Shown: positions 23,406 through 37,689, counted from the first letter of the stretch. The stretch: DNA of 64,000 nt from Ginglymostoma cirratum (GCA_024137785.1 JAHRHZ010000019.1:27620343-27684342); one strand, 5' to 3'. Notes: generated by a model not told the origin, from the sequence alone. Made by a program: numbers and translations.

Positions 23406-26400
23406 TTGTCACTAAGTTTTTCCAAGATGGTGCTGTAATTGTAATGTTTATGGTAAATTTAGCAAAAAAAAAATCATTACCTAAAAGGTCATTGAATAAC
23501 TATATTAGCAGGAAGATTAATTATCAGCAGAGAAATGTTATAATGCGGTTTAAGTCACTGTATACATTTTTGTGATTTCCATTAAATCTTCAGAAACAGA
23601 AGCATTAGGGTGTGCAAATAAGGTGATATATATCCACTTTTCAGTTCATAATCTGAGTTTTGTTAAGCAGGCAAGAAACAATTTTAACAAAAAATAAGGT
23701 AAATTGGATATCAGAGGGAAATTATTTTAGGGGGAGATGATTTTGGTATTCTGCCTAGTAGGAATGCTCAATAAGGACTCAGGGGATTGACAGAATCCAA
23801 GACTTAACCATCTGTTTAGCTTGTTGCACTGACCATTTACCCCATGGCAAATTATCCCTGAGAAAACTGCTTGCAAACTTGATACAGTAAGAGGTCAACC
23901 TCAAAGAGCCTGACAGCTGACTCCCAAAGGATTTGTCTCTCTGCCAAGTTTTCATATTTATTTATAAACAATGTTTTCCAATGTACATAAAAAAAATCAC
24001 TGCAAATTTATGATGGGGTCATGGAAATATTGGCTAATTAAGGTAATAGTGGGAACAAACTATCACAAGCTGTAGATTGCTTAGAGCTTCCTTCCTGAAA
24101 TTCTTGAACTGATACATTTTTCTACAGGTCTGCCACTACAATTCAAAGCATGTCCAGCATGCAACAGTTTTTGGTCAAAGTTATTACAAAATAAACAAAT
24201 TTCTAGTATATTATTGAGCATTGTGCTATTAGATAGGCCTGTTTGGTACTCATGTTAATGTGCTTTAAAGTTGCACAATTTAGTGCTTAATCGATTCTTA
24301 ATTCATCCCTAATGGGAGACCTGTACATCGATCTCATGTCTAAAGCTGAAAATGTACGAACAAGTAAAATGCAGCCTTGAAACAAGTTGATAAAGAGAAG
24401 ACTTCTAGAGGTGCAGAATGTAGTTAAAAAGTATGTAAAGTACATTGATTCTGGAGGATTATTTTAACAATGACAACAAGAACAAATGTTTCACCTGGTT
24501 CAGTATGCTTTACTGAAGTTTCAGCAATGACAACAGTGGGAACTAGATTTTGAAGTCAGTGATGAAATGATGGCCCTACACCTGATCTTAGAGAAAACTC
24601 CCTACCATTATCTAGGGATCTCTAGGACATGGATTTCATCTTTCCCAGGTTAATTTGACTCTAGTCCCAACTATAGGGGTTTCTGGCATCCAGCAACTTC
24701 GATTTTATCAAGTTGGCCAAGCAGTCGACCAGATTGATAAATTCTTATAAACAGTAAACCAGGAACTGTGACATTTTAATTATCCTTCATGTTATAATCA
24801 TTTTAAAGAGTGCAAGTTAAAGATTGTGACATATGCATAGGATTATGGTTGAAGTTGAAAGTTTCTTTAATTAACAAAATCATATTAGAATATGTATCAT
24901 CATCAAAAAAATTGACATTCCACAAAATTAAATATGAATATATAAAATGTTAAAAAAATTCCTGGATCTTTCTCCTTAGCTCCAGTTTTGGTGCAGTTAC
25001 GATACGTAAACTGCAGCAGTCCAAGGTGACCACTCACTGTCATCTGCCCAAGGCCAACAGAATGGGCAATAAATACTGTATTGATAGCAATGCCCGCAAA
25101 CAAGGACAAATAAAAGAGCTTAGGTTTTTAGGTCGGAGAGATTGTTTAAAATTTATTAATGTTATCAGATCATGATAATATTACACTTTTAGGAACCCAG
25201 TTACAAGTCATTCAACAAACTATAACTTTTGCAAGGATTTTTACAGTAAGACTAATAGCAAAAACATTTAAGTTTTCCAGCTAGGGGGACCATTTAATAG
25301 TGCAGCCTGTGGAAGTGTGTGGAATTGTTGCCAACATTCCCTGGAATTGTACATTCTGGTGTACATGTTCAGATGGTAGAAGTTGTGGTCAGTTTCACAG
25401 TTGCAATGACAGTGAGTGCTAACAGTTTCCTTATTATTACAATTAGACCATCCAGGCTGAATGTTTTGTTTTATTTTATGAGTTTAAATTCCATGGTTAG
25501 GCACAAACAGAATATCTTAGCATGTCCAGCAACATCTATGGAGAGGGAAGTCCATTTAATGGGCAAACATTTTCCATTGGTTTTGGGACTGGGCACAGGC
25601 ACTGGATGTCCCAAACATAAATCTGCCATCAGAGTGACCAACTCGAGGGATTAAAGGAAATATACTAAGTTGGCATAGGGGTATAAAGCACTATGGGAAA
25701 TGTATGGAGGCCATCAGACTGGAAGAGTCAGCATGAGTGAAACAGTGGTAGAGTGTAGAGGTAAGATGGTATGAGTGGTGAAGGCTGGAAGGAAGTTTTG
25801 TATTTCTCCTATTTTGGAGAGGTACAGGATCCCTTTGTATAGGTGGATGTAAGGCAACCTCAGAGAGGGAAGGCCCCCTTTGTGGTTGTGAAAAGCTATG
25901 CTTAAAAAGTTCATAAACTCAAAACTTTCCAGGAACTGTCCAAAAGAAAATCAGTGAAGTTAAGCAAAATATTGAGTATTTCAGAGCGTTTGTTCATACA
26001 AAACCATCAGGGAATTTGTGCTGCCTACTATTTTCCCAAGATTTCATTTTCACAATGGGGTGATGATAAAACGAACATTTTGAGTGATAGCTCCAATTGC
26101 CAATTCAATGGAAAGTTTGTTGGTGTAGGGAATTGAACTTTGAGGGTTAAGCAGTTGAATGAAATGTTTGTTTTCATAAAGGAACTAGTCGAATGAATTT
26201 CAATGTATTGACTTTTCTCTTATCAATGAGAGGTCCTTTTTCTATGAGTAGACACTCAACATGGCTCATGTGTTTTGCTCATGATCAATACTTGGTGAGC
26301 TGGCATGAAGGCGGGAGGGTAAATGGTGATAGGAAAGGGACTATGAAGGGCTATGCTAATTGGCAGACGATCAGAGAGGCTAAAAAGGGCTGGGAAATGG

Positions 26401-26664
26401 GAATAGGAAATGGGAATAGCTTGGCATAGGAACAATAAAGGATGTAGGGGATGGGCACATGGACCTTGGGTGGCATGAGAGAATGAGGGGCAAATGGAGA
26501 TGGTGAAGGGAGTATAGAATGGAATGGATGCGATGTAAGAAGGGTGTGGGTTGAAGGTGAGTGAATGGGAGAGAGATTTTATCTTTTAATATTTGAAATT
26601 GCCAAGACAGATTTTCTGTGGAGTCTGTCCTTCAGAACTGACAGCTTCTAAAGTCTGTTCATAG

Positions 26665-26921
26665 ATCATTAGAATCATAGAATCCCTACAGTGTGAAAAC
26701 AGGCCCTTCGGCCCAACAAGTCCATACCGACTCTCAGAGCATCTCACCCAGACCCATCCCCCTATAACCCATCTAATCTACACTTCCCTCACCACTATGG
26801 GCAATTTTTCATGGCCAATCCACCTAGCCTGCACATTTTTGGATTGCAGGAGGAAACCGGAGCACCCGGGGAAACCCATGCAGACACGGGGGGAATGTGC
26901 AAACTCCACACAGACAGTTGC
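26665..26921 (-). mobile_element. HE1-like V-SINE, 5'-truncated
   Basis: V-domain antisense ggaggaaaccggagcacccggggaaacccatgcagacacggggggaatgtgcaaactccacacagac, with a CR1-derived tail (atcatagaatc)n. Confidence 0.85.
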
Positions 26922-26954
26922 TGTTTTTTTTCCCTTTCAGAAAGGCATCCTTAC

Positions 26955-27340
26955 AGCAGGACAAGCAAAGAAAAAGGATGTGTTGTGAGATAGTCTAAAT
27001 GGGAATAGCAAAATCATCACCGCCAGCATTGTCCGAACAAAAATGGAGCAAATGTTATAATCTGAAATTGTTGAACTCTGTGTTGAATCTAGAAGTTTGT
27101 AGAAGGCTTAGTTGAAAGGTACTGTTCCTTGAATGAACGTTGAGGTTTACTGGAACACTGCAGGAAACTAAAGACAGAAAGCTCAGAATGAAAGTGCAGT
27201 GAAGAATGAAGATGACAGATGATTGGAAGCTGAGGCAGTAACACCTGCAGATTGGATCAAGCTATTCAACCAAGTGACAGCCAATATGCATTGGGTCTCC
27301 CCAGTATAGAAGAGCCTGTAACATAAGTGCCAATAAATCG
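26955..27340 (-). mobile_element. Decayed Penelope-like element GIY-YIG endonuclease and ORF end
   Basis: IYWHLCYRLFYTGETQ (~IYCI.C....YIGET). ORF terminus FNTEFNNFR near 27060-27090. Confidence 0.7.
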
Positions 27341-27919
27341 CTGCTTTGTTCCTTTGGCAATATTCCACTGGACTGGCTGAAGAAATTTGGCATTAACATT
27401 TTATCCTTTATCTTGCTATGTTATTTTTAGCCAGAAAAACTGAAGCATACATTTGCTTTATGGTTAGTTTATATGCTTACTAATTTGCAAGCTCACAAAT
27501 TAATCTCATTTGAATCAGTCAAAATCTCAATATTATTTCTGTCACACTACCCAAATATTCAATGGAGGTTGATCTTTTAAACAACATTAAAGCTGGGTTC
27601 AGAGCAACTGTTTTCAAAGGTTTTACAAGTCTGATTTGAAACATGATTATCATGATTAAAATGAAGTGTAACTGGTTTGGAAGAAACAGATTGTTTAAAT
27701 GTGAGCCAAGTAAGTCCTGACTTCCGCCTGCAGCTAACAATGCCCTGATAGCTTGTTTCCTAATATTCTTTTAGTACTATTTCTGAATTCTCTGAGTCAA
27801 GGTAAGTGACCTTTGTGTTGGAAAAGGGAACACATTCCCAAACCATGCAGTCATGGTCAGCATCAAGTCCCTCCCAAGGCATGTGTAATAACAGGTAGAT
27901 ACAGAATATAGTTGCTGCA

Positions 27920-28036
27920 TCTAGGCCCGAAACGTCAAGTTTTCCTGCTCCTATGATGCTGCTTGACCTGCTGCGTTCATCCAGCCCCACGCTTGTTATC
28001 TCGGATTCTCCAGCATCTGCAGTACCTTTTATCTCT
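27920..28036 (+). mobile_element. PLE terminus (family A) truncated inside the hammerhead stem II
   Basis: ctaggcccgaaacgtcaagttttcctgctcc...ttatctc plus tail. Possible TSD aatatagt at 27905-27912 and 28037-28044. Confidence 0.85.
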
Positions 28037-28794
28037 AATATAGTGTCTTTACTCAGTTTCAAGGGATAGTGTCCACTGTACAATGCAATATTTTTCTGTT
28101 CTTATATCATCCATCCTGTTAAAACCTTTCTCTTGCAATACTAGAGAATGCTACAGGAAAATGATAAAAAGAATTAGGAAAAATGTATTATTAGTCATAT
28201 CATTTATGACGTTTTCAAGTGGCAAGAAACAGAACAAGGGAGAAAGAAAATTGCTGAGAGTTATGAAATGTGTTCCGTCATTGCAAATCATGTTTTATGT
28301 GTTAAATTTAATGGAGAACTAGGGAAGAAAGTAGAAGAAAACCATGATTCTGAGTTTTTCTGGGGCAGCTGAAATTCTGCCAATGGGGCTGAAAGCAGGA
28401 AGCAGGCCAACCTCAGGAGCTTGAGGAACCTAGAGGACATTTTGCCAATGGCAGCCAATTGACAAGCTGAAGCCAGAACTGTCATCCAATAAAGAGTGAG
28501 GGCCCAACCCCTAGAGATACTGACACATCAGATTACTGGCAGCTCTGCTGGTGGGGACCATTGCTGAGGCTCAGGGAGAGAGCATCTCATTGATGAGGCT
28601 CACTCTAAGAGCAGGTAAGTTTCCAGGAGGAAGCTGGGTCTAGGCAGGCAGAGAAAATACAATCCCATAGGTTGGACTTTTATTGCTAATGCATATTGTT
28701 CATTTATTGATTCTGACAATCATGTGTTAATTACAGCACTATTCTTCTGGTAACGTGGGCTTGGAATGATAAGCACTTTAACTTGCAGTCCTGA

Positions 28795-28920
28795 CGCACA
28801 TGAGACCAGAGTTGGAAATTCATAATCTCAGAGGGTTGTGGGATTGGAAGAGATTACAAATATAGAGTGGAGTAAGGCTATGGATGGACTTGAAATTAAG
28901 GATGAGCATTTTAAAAACTA
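28795..28920 (-). mobile_element. L2 LINE fragment
   Basis: Near copy of 30070-30195. Confidence 0.6.
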
Positions 28921-29714
28921 CAAATACATTTTGTAATTGAATTCAACCTTTCCATGTGGCTCAATCATACAACATGTGCTGTTAGTTTAAAACCCAGAAA
29001 ATGTAATTAGAAAAGCTTAGTTGATAACGTTGCAGCTGTGGTTGCTTTCTGTCATGGCTTAATTTGTTTACATTATATTACAGTAGTCTTCCAATTACAA
29101 ATATTGAAGTAATGAATTATACCTTTTAGCAGTGACCTTGTAAAAAGCTTATGCACAGTTTAATGCAAACAAGTACTTTTCCTTTGAAGGACAATTATCC
29201 TTCATCAGATGCTTGGTAAATGACTCAATCAGTGTGGCAACTTTTGAAAAATAAGCATCCCCTTCCTGTTGGACTGCAGCAGACAACACTTGCGTCAGCA
29301 CAGACACTGTTTTCAATGAAAACCCCAAAAACATCTCTATTTTTAATCCTGGGAAAAATATGTATATAACCTCAAGGCCAACCATTGCATTATTTAGTGG
29401 ATTACTTAACTTTTACCACAGAAACATGTAAGGGAAATTTGTAAAGCCCAGCACCAGTCTATTGCTGCATAGCCACATTAACTAACATGATGCTGTCAAA
29501 CTGTAACCAAGCATTTGCCATGTGTTCTAATTTGCCTATTTTTTCACTTAAGCATTTAATGCCTTTTTTCTTTTTTTGTGCATCACAAATGTATAAAAAT
29601 TGATTTGCTGTGATCATCTTTAAGGAAATATAACTTATTGAATGTGACCTGAACACATTAAGAATTGTTAAATGTAGAAGAATGCTACCCTGGTGTACAT
29701 TCAATACTTGACTC

Positions 29715-29825
29715 TTATGTAACATCACAAAAACAGATTATCCAGTCCATATCTCATTGCTGTTTGTGGGAGTCTGCTGTGTACAAATTGGCTGTCACAT
29801 TTTCCACACTATAATAACAACTTGG
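29715..29825 (+). mobile_element. Deu-domain SINE (SacSINE1/AmnSINE1-like) core
   Basis: aacatcacaaaaacagattatccagtc...cattgctgtttgtgggagtctgctgtgtacaaattggctg. Probable 3' tail resumes at 30285-30347 after an L2 insertion. Confidence 0.7.
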
Positions 29826-29859
29826 AATTATGCAGTGCCACGGCATTTTACAAGATTGT

Positions 29860-30270
29860 TAGTGGACCCAACTCAATGACAAGACCCATAGAAAATTATT
29901 AGATCTGATGACCAAAAGACAGGACAGAGAGGTAGGTAAGGTAGGTTTTAAGGAGATTGTTAAAGGAGGAAAGCATTGTCATGAAGTGGAACTGTTTAGC
30001 GAAGGAATTCAAAGGCCACAGCATTTGAAATAACAGCTGCTAATCACGGAGCGACTAAAATGGTAGATGCACACCAGGCCAGAGTTGGAAGCTCATATAT
30101 CTCAGAGGTTTGTGGGATTGGATGAGATTACAAATATCGGGAGGGGCAAGGCTGTGGATGGATTTGAATTCAAGGACGAGCATTTTAAAATCAAGATTTT
30201 GCTGAGTCACGAGTTAATACGGGCCTCTGAGGGTAAGGCTGATGCTTGATAGAACTTTGTGCAAGCAAGG
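29860..30270 (-). mobile_element. L2 LINE 3' fragment
   Basis: aggccagagttggaag...gggaggggcaaggctgtggatggatttgaattcaaggacgagcattttaaaatc is the antisense of DFKMLVL.FKSIHSLAP...SNSGL. Confidence 0.7.
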
Positions 30271-30509
30271 GCAGATGCAGTGAACGTTTGAAAGTGCTTT
30301 GTGATAGTCTGAGATCACACAAGACGCTATGTAAGTGCAACTTCTTTCACGTGCAGAAGTATATTGTATGAAGATACGTAAAGCCAGGTGACATCAATGG
30401 ACAGACCAAGTGACTGGACCATTGTAAGTTTGCATCTCTTTTGCAATGCAACATTTATAATTGTTCCAGTTAGTAAAAATTTATGCAATGAAGTTATTAC
30501 GTATCCTTT

Positions 30510-31200
30510 ATAACAAAAATTGGCCATTCAGCCCAATGGCACATGTTTGTGTCTATGTTGCACAGAAGACTTCACCCACCCATACTACATCTAATATTAT
30601 CGACATATTCCTTTCTCTCTCAAGTATTTATTTAGCTATTGCCAATTGGTAATCAAAACTTTTTGCTTCAACTGTTCCTTGCAGAAAAGAATAGCATATT
30701 CTCCCCACTCTCCAAGTAGAAAGGTTGAATTCCTTTTTGGATTTCATTTTGCCTGTCCTATATCAATAGACCCTAGTTATGTTTGATTAGTATCAGCTCA
30801 ATCATTTATAGAGAAAAGAACCTCAGCCTCTTCAATCTTTGCCAATCGATATAACCTCTTAATCCAGTCTGGTCTTTTTGCATCATCGCTGTTGCTTGTA
30901 TGCCCTTCTTATAATTTGGCAGCCCAAACAGTTCACAATACGAAGGCCTAAACAATTTACAATGCATATTTAACATAACTTTTCTCATTTTCAGTTCTGT
31001 TCCCCTAGAAATGAACCCCTTTTGCTTTTTTTTTCTGCTTTGATTATAGCCTTGTTAACCAGTGTTGTTACTGATTTCTGTGCTTACCCTGCACATTTCT
31101 CTATTCCACCACCCCACTTACACATCTATATTTCCTTGCATTTCATATCAAAATCTACCAACCCGCTCTTATCTATATTGAATTGAAGTAATTTGCAAAT
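30510..31200 (-). mobile_element. Old CR1 LINE 3' fragment
   Basis: ORF 30806-30988 resembles KVML.LYK.LVRP.LEYC..FW.P. 3' tail ggccattcagccc. Confidence 0.65.
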
Positions 31201-31299
31201 GACATGCCTATTTTACAAGTTTACGCATGTTTATTTTGACCTAGTTCTCCTGCATGTTAATTATGAAGTGCGACGATATCATAAATTAATTTTTAAAAT

Positions 31300-31975
31300 G
31301 TGGGGATATTTGGGAATGTCACAACTCAGGGGTATTTGTGAGTTCTTGTGCATGAATCACAAAAAGTTAGCATCCAAATTCAGAGGGTAATAGGGACAAT
31401 AAGTGGAATGTTGGCCTTTACTTCAAAAGGAAAGGAGCATGAAAATGGGCATGAAAATTGTTAAAACTATTTTAGGCTGCTATTCTAGGGAGAGATAAAG
31501 TAGCATTGAAGGCAATCCAGAGAAGGTACACTAGGTTGATGCTGGGCATGGAGGGATTGTTTTTTGATGAAAGCTTGAGTGAGTTGGGCTCATACAGTTA
31601 GGTGTTTAGAACAATGCGAGACAAGCTTATTAAAACATATGAGATTTTTCGGGGCTTGACAGGATAGATGGGGAGAGGTTGTTTCCACTTATGGGAGAGT
31701 CTAATCTCAGAATTAGGACAGTGATCAGGAGGAATTCTTTTCTCCTCATGAATCTGTGCTTTTTTTCACTGCAGAACACTGTAAGGGCTGGGTACTAAAT
31801 TATATTCATCTCTCAGATAGACAGATCTTTAATCAGCAAGTGAATTCAGAATTATGGGGGGAAAGCAGAAAAGTGGAATTGAGGGTTTTCAGATCAGCCA
31901 ATGATATCATTAACTAATGGAGCAGATCAATGGACCAAATGACCTACTTCTGCTTCTCCCTGTTATAATCTTATT
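31300..31975 (+). mobile_element. CR1 LINE 3' fragment with 3'UTR
   Basis: ALKAIQRRYTRLMLGM...LIKTYEI...DRIDGERLFPL. Tail gacctacttctgcttctccctgttataatcttat. Confidence 0.8.
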
Positions 31976-32021
31976 ATCTAACCTGGCTTTTGGCGTCTCT
32001 TGTAAATTCATCAGGAACATC

Positions 32022-33110
32022 TCTGCCAACTGAGGAAGGATTTTTCAATTTCTAGGACCATATTATTTTCAATAGCACAAAATCTCACGCTTCCTTCTAT
32101 CTCTTTATCACTTACAAACTCTATACCCAATCTTATGTTGTCTTTGCTCCAAAATATTCTGGCCACGAGCCCCAAAACTTTGTAACAATTCTTGAGCGTA
32201 TTACATCAGAAATCACTCACACTATTTCTGGAGTCATCACTAATGTCAAAAGATTTAATCACACTATCCAAACTCCCCAATTTACCTGACTGACAAACAC
32301 AGGTTAAAAGAAGATGCTCACCAAATTTTGTACTTAGCATGGAAATGACTGTTTATTACAAACAGTCTATAATCAATGGCAGTTGGGTAATAGGAATTGG
32401 TAACTTATAACTTTCCATAGCCTAACTGTACAACTTTTAAGTTCCTACCTTCACAAACAGAGACACACAAAGACAGACAAAACACAGATAGTAAGGGTGA
32501 AATACAAAAGTAAAACAAGGAAACACAATTTGATATCGCCAGTCTGGACCACAGGAATTGATGAATGCTTCTGTCGATTTCTTCCAAATTCATTTAGTTC
32601 CTTGCATTGAAACAGGTTTGTTTGCGCACTTATGTTCTGTTTCATTCAATGGTGAGAATTCATCTTTTCACTGTCTTTAAAGGCATTTTATTCCTAGTCC
32701 AACACGGATTTGCAGAGAAAAGCGAGTAGAAGACAACTAACTGTCACTGGTGACTTTCTGGTACCTCCACATTGAAGACAAAGACCCACAGAGAAATTTT
32801 GTTGATGTTTTCTCTTTGCAAATAATGTAATTCTCCACTGCGCACAAGCCACGGTCACCTAGTCAGGAACCAATCAGAACATTGATGCCAAGCAATTGTT
32901 CCTTAGTTCAGAACCCATCAGCTCTAAGATGTCGGCTTTTGCTTTAACTGCAACAGGAAATGCAACATTGCAAACAACTCACATTGTGCTGTTGTAAATA
33001 TGATTTTTAAAATTGCAGCCATCTGTTTTCAACGTCTCCTTGGTTTAAAAAAGTATCTTCCTTTATTAGCCCAAAAATGAAGGAAATATAAGATGTGGTT
33101 TTTTTCAACA
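32022..33110 (-). mobile_element. Possible old solo LTR
   Basis: Bounded by TGT...ACA, with an internal CCAAT box and antisense poly(A)-like signal. No TSD found. Confidence 0.25.
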
Positions 33111-34018
33111 GTTCCAGTCAGACCCAGCTCTAAGGACCAATGTTCTGCAGCTAAAGTTGTTTAATGCCTGCTCCATTCAACACAATCAATTTTTGGAGTG
33201 GAACCTCTAACAGATATTAGGCAACTTAATTACATGTAGATGAGGGCCTGTTTTTAGTTGGGTTGTCCGGAAAATCTTCTGACAGGGATTGAAGTCATAT
33301 GTTTTCTGGTGCCCTTAGGACATACTGCTGAATGAAAAAAACAAAAAGCAGAAGGTTGACATGTGGCAAGTGTAAAATATACAATAACAAAGGTATTTAC
33401 ATCAGCGTTGCTAACTTTAGTAATTCATTAGTAATGCTGTTTAATTTCTTCTGAAGTGTACTAGGATAAAATTTAGTGTATAATCATAATTTCATACATA
33501 CTTTGTAGCCTCTCTGATTAGAATCTAATTTAATTTTTGCACCTTATAAATGTGATTATGAGAGTTCACTTAAAAATATTCTCTAAACAGCAAGATGCTA
33601 TGTATAGACTGAACTTTGTAACAACCAATGTTTATCATTTGATAATGGAGCCAAAGCCAATAAAGTACCAGTGGGTATGTTATTGGTATATCTATTTAAT
33701 AGTTTACTTTAGAATAACACGTTAATCATGCAAGTAGATAGATAAAGGGTCTATTTGACTTATTTTATCTTCTCTTGTAAAGCATGAAGCTGTGCAAAAA
33801 GCCAAAGCACTTAGCTCAAAGTTCAACAGAGATGCTTGAAATTAATATGTCAAAAATAGACAAAATTATGGAGTTTGATGATTTATGAATAGTGTAGTGA
33901 GAGTGCATATTCTAATTGAAAAAATGATGTTTCACACATTTCAAATATTTATTGAGTAACTAACAGAAGTAGAGGGGCTTTAATGGGGCGTTAATATATA
34001 TGAACCAGTAGAATTATT

Positions 34019-34750
34019 GGGCTGGATTTTTTGATACTGACTTGGGTTTTACTCACTAGCAGGGAACCCCAGTCTGTTCTGTGTAAGTGGTCCAATCGAA
34101 TCGAGTACCCTTCAGGCACATAAGTGGCCACCATCAGGCCACTCCCACAATTCTGGTCCCCAGCAGAAGACATCCCATCTGGTGAATGCTGTCAACCAAT
34201 AAGAGGCTGGCAGCTATTCACCACTGCAAGTGCCAATGTGACCAATGGGTGCTGCCAGCCCTCATCCACCAGAGATCCAGGAACATTATGGGACCCCAAC
34301 TACCAAATGTATGAGGATGAGTTGGGGAGTATTGTGGGTTGGGGGCACAAGTTTGAGGTTTGGGGGGTATTGGTGAGTGATGAGAACAGTCGGGTGACTT
34401 TCAGATGTCCCTCCCCTTCCCAATGGTTGGTTCATCAACTGAACACAAAATATCTGCTAACCAGTTACTCCATGCCACTGAAAACTGCCTTCTGAGTGAG
34501 TTGGGAGCTGCGTGGTTCCTGTTAACTCCCTGTGACATCATCACATTTCTCAGTGATAATGGATGTCAATTTGATGATCGATGAGAATAATTGAGATCGC
34601 TATTGCCAGTGATCAGGATTTCATTATCAGTTCATTCCACTCTCCAACTTAATTAGGGATAGATTCTCCACCTCCAAGAATCAAAGTGGAGTCTTTGTTG
34701 CGGCTAGAAAGCACGGTTCCTGCCATAACATGCTGCATTAAATTCAGCCC
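34019..34750. mobile_element. Non-autonomous DNA transposon (PIF/Harbinger-type MITE)
   Basis: TIRs gggctggattt (34019) and aaattcagccc (to 34750), 1 mismatch. 3-bp TSD ATT on both sides. Confidence 0.65.
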
Positions 34751-35009
34751 ATTAAGTGTGGTGAAAGTGGCATGTGAGCAGAGAGCAGAAATTGGTTTAG
34801 TCAATCATATCAATTCATCTAATTTTAATAAATTGCTTGGTCGATCTATATTAACAAGATGTGAGAAACATTAGCTTAAATTAATGCATCAGTGTGTGGT
34901 TTTATGATATTTTTATAAATTATTTAAAAGACCTGCACTGCATTCTAATCAACACAATTATTGGATAGAATTCAATTGATACATAATGAAAAGGAAAGGA
35001 AACATACAT

Positions 35010-35360
35010 AACATTTTATGTCACCCAAACATTTCAAAGAATTCATTTGCAAGAAATTAATTTGAAATGTGGCGATTACTGTATAGGCAAACACTGTGCC
35101 ATTTAGTATCCCAGCAAAACCCACAGACAACTGAAATGAACGAGCATGATTATCAATTGATTGACTGAGTAAGGAATGTCAGTGCAACTTATGTTTCTGG
35201 GGTTTAATTTGTTAGAATAGGCAGTCAGGACAATTTAATATCTACTGTGATAGGACAGTGCCTTTGACAATTGCATTGGGGTAGTCACTCAAAATTTAAA
35301 ATAGGAACTGAATTCACAAATTGTGCTGTCGAGAGAGCACTACTCACTGAGCCAGGATAT
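35010..35360 (-). mobile_element. Old Deu-domain SINE, antisense
   Basis: ccatttagtatcccagcaaaacccacagacaactgaaatga resembles the antisense of 29750-29795. Confidence 0.5.
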
Positions 35361-35966
35361 TGATTTCGATTGCGGTCACTATGTTTATATAGGACTCCAT
35401 AAGGAGCAAAGAATTGCCAAATATGTGGCAAGATTGAATAACCCTATGTAATTTTCCATTAGATAGTATAAAAGTATTGAAACAATTAAACAAGAATGTG
35501 GCACATTCTGATATTTGCGTATGACTGCACTGTATGTTTAAACTTTCTTATGAGAGTCTTCTAAAATATACATATATTACCCATCAATCCTGGCATTCTT
35601 AAAATGGATATTTAATCAAGTTTAAGTTTGTGTTTCCAAAACCACTTATATGTACATTATGAAAAGGACCTTAGAGAATGCTAAGTATATCTTGATTAAT
35701 ACTTTAGTGCTGAGCAAGGAGTTTCCTTGTTTATTCAATACCAAGATAATGCTCACTCATAGGTTAATGTAGTTGTAATCAACAGCAATGCACATTTGAC
35801 ACCTGGGTTTTCTCGTAATTGCTTCAGCCTCTGGAACTAATGTGTCAGTTGATATCTGGACACAGGTTAGAACTAGCAGCTATTTCCTCAAATTAGGTTA
35901 ATCTAAATTGCATGCACTCAGCTATAATCATTTTGAAAAAAAACAGGCTTCAACTAAAACATATCA

Positions 35967-36537
35967 GAGATAGTAGGAACTGCAGATGCTGGAGAATCTG
36001 AGATAACAAGGTGTAGAGCTGGATGAACACAGCAGGCCAAGCAGCATCAGAGGAGCAGGAAGGCTGACGTTTCGGGCCNNNNNNNNNNNNNNNNNNNNNN
36101 NNNNNNNNNNNNNNNNNNNNNNNNNNNNNNNNNNNNNNNNNNNNNNNNNNNNNNNNNNNNNNNNNNNNNNNNNNNNNNNNNNNNNNNNNNNNNNNNNNNN
36201 NNNNNNNNNNNNNNNNNNNNNNNNNNNNNNNNNNNNNNNNNNNNNNNNNNNNNNNNNNNNNNNNNNNNNNNNNNNNNNNNNNNNNNNNNNNNNNNNNNNN
36301 NNNNNNNNNNNNNNNNNNNNNNNNNNNNNNNNNNNNNNNNNNNNNNNNNNNNNNNNNNNNNNNNNNNNNNNNNNNNNNNNNNNNNNNNNNNNNNNNNNNN
36401 NNNNNNNNNNNNNNNNNNNNNNNNNNNNNNNNNNNNNNNNNNNNNNNNNNNNNNNNNNNNNNNNNNNNNNNNNNNNNNCTGCTCCTCTGATGCTGCTTGG
36501 CCTGCTGTGTTCATCCAGCTCTACACCTTGTTATTTC
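35967..36537. mobile_element. Palindromic PLE element (family A) with unresolved centre (400-N gap 36079-36478)
   Basis: Left arm gagatagtaggaac...gacgtttcgggcc and right arm ctgctcctctgatgc...ccttgttatttc are reverse complements. Confidence 0.9.
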
Positions 36538-36859
36538 GACGAAAACATGTTGGGAATAATTGTGACTCCATGACAGCATTAGCTTACTAACATTCTAAAT
36601 GTTGCGTTGTACTCACTGTATTGTTATTGCAGGCTGTGGCAAGATCAACTAGTTCTGTAAGTCTTGTGATAGCATGAGAATTCATTCAAATCCAACTTGT
36701 TTATTTGTATCAGACATGTGATATATTTTACAACACTTTTTATCTACTCCTGTGGTACGATGTCCTTCTACAATTCATAATTCAAGAACAAATTAGACAG
36801 CTTTAGAGATACATCAAATAATCAGGGATAATCAATAGCAATTTGAGAAAGATAATATT

Positions 36860-37195
36860 TCTTTGAAAAACTGATAATGTGGATGAAGGGAATACAATAG
36901 TTGCAGTGGTTCATACAGACTTCCTGAAGTAATTCAAGGTTTCTTGAAAGAGTCCTTTACAGAAGTTGAGGCGTATGGGGGTGAAAGAGGAAATTGGACA
37001 ATACTATTAGAGAGTTGGTTGATAGGCAGAAAACAGAAGGTTAGAGCTAAAGTATATTGTTTGAAATGGATATACATTCATTCTTCATTTCATTTCTTAA
37101 TAAAAGACGGACATGAAAATTTAGCAAAAATGGCAGAGAGGTGGGAGATGCAGCTTAATGTGGTGAAGTGATTGCAAATTCATTTTGGGATTTTT
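36860..37195 (+). mobile_element. Old CR1 RT fragment
   Basis: LESWLIGRKQKVR...AERWEMQLNVVK. Confidence 0.6.
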
Positions 37196-37689
37196 CACTG
37201 AGTTTAAAGTTACTGAAGGGTGCAAAGGATGAAAATAGATGAGACAAGGCTATTAAATAAACCAGTGGTGGAGAGGTGCTGAAGGCATATTCAGGTCAAC
37301 TAACTCATCACCTCCATGTCTGGGGAAGCTTGCCAGGTGACACAGTAATCGGCTGGTCACCAGCTGACTGGTGAGCTTCCTGTCTGATTACAGGTGGTGT
37401 CTCAGTTTGCCAGAAACTGCCAACACTTCTGAGTCCTGGTCAAGGCCTGCTTTTCAAGGGATGCAGTGGGGAGAAGGAGGGTATTTCTCTTTTGCTGTTT
37501 AATGTTGGAGGTCACCAGAAGAGGGATTCACTTTCAGAGGCCACCCCTTTTGCCTCCTGTGCCTCCAATTGTCCTGAACTGGGGTTAATTGACCACTTTA
37601 GAGCCTCATTTTCTCTTTTAACTATCTTTCTTACCACCTTCAGGAAGGAGAAATATGAGCTCTTCGAGTATTATGTGCAGTTTTAGCAC

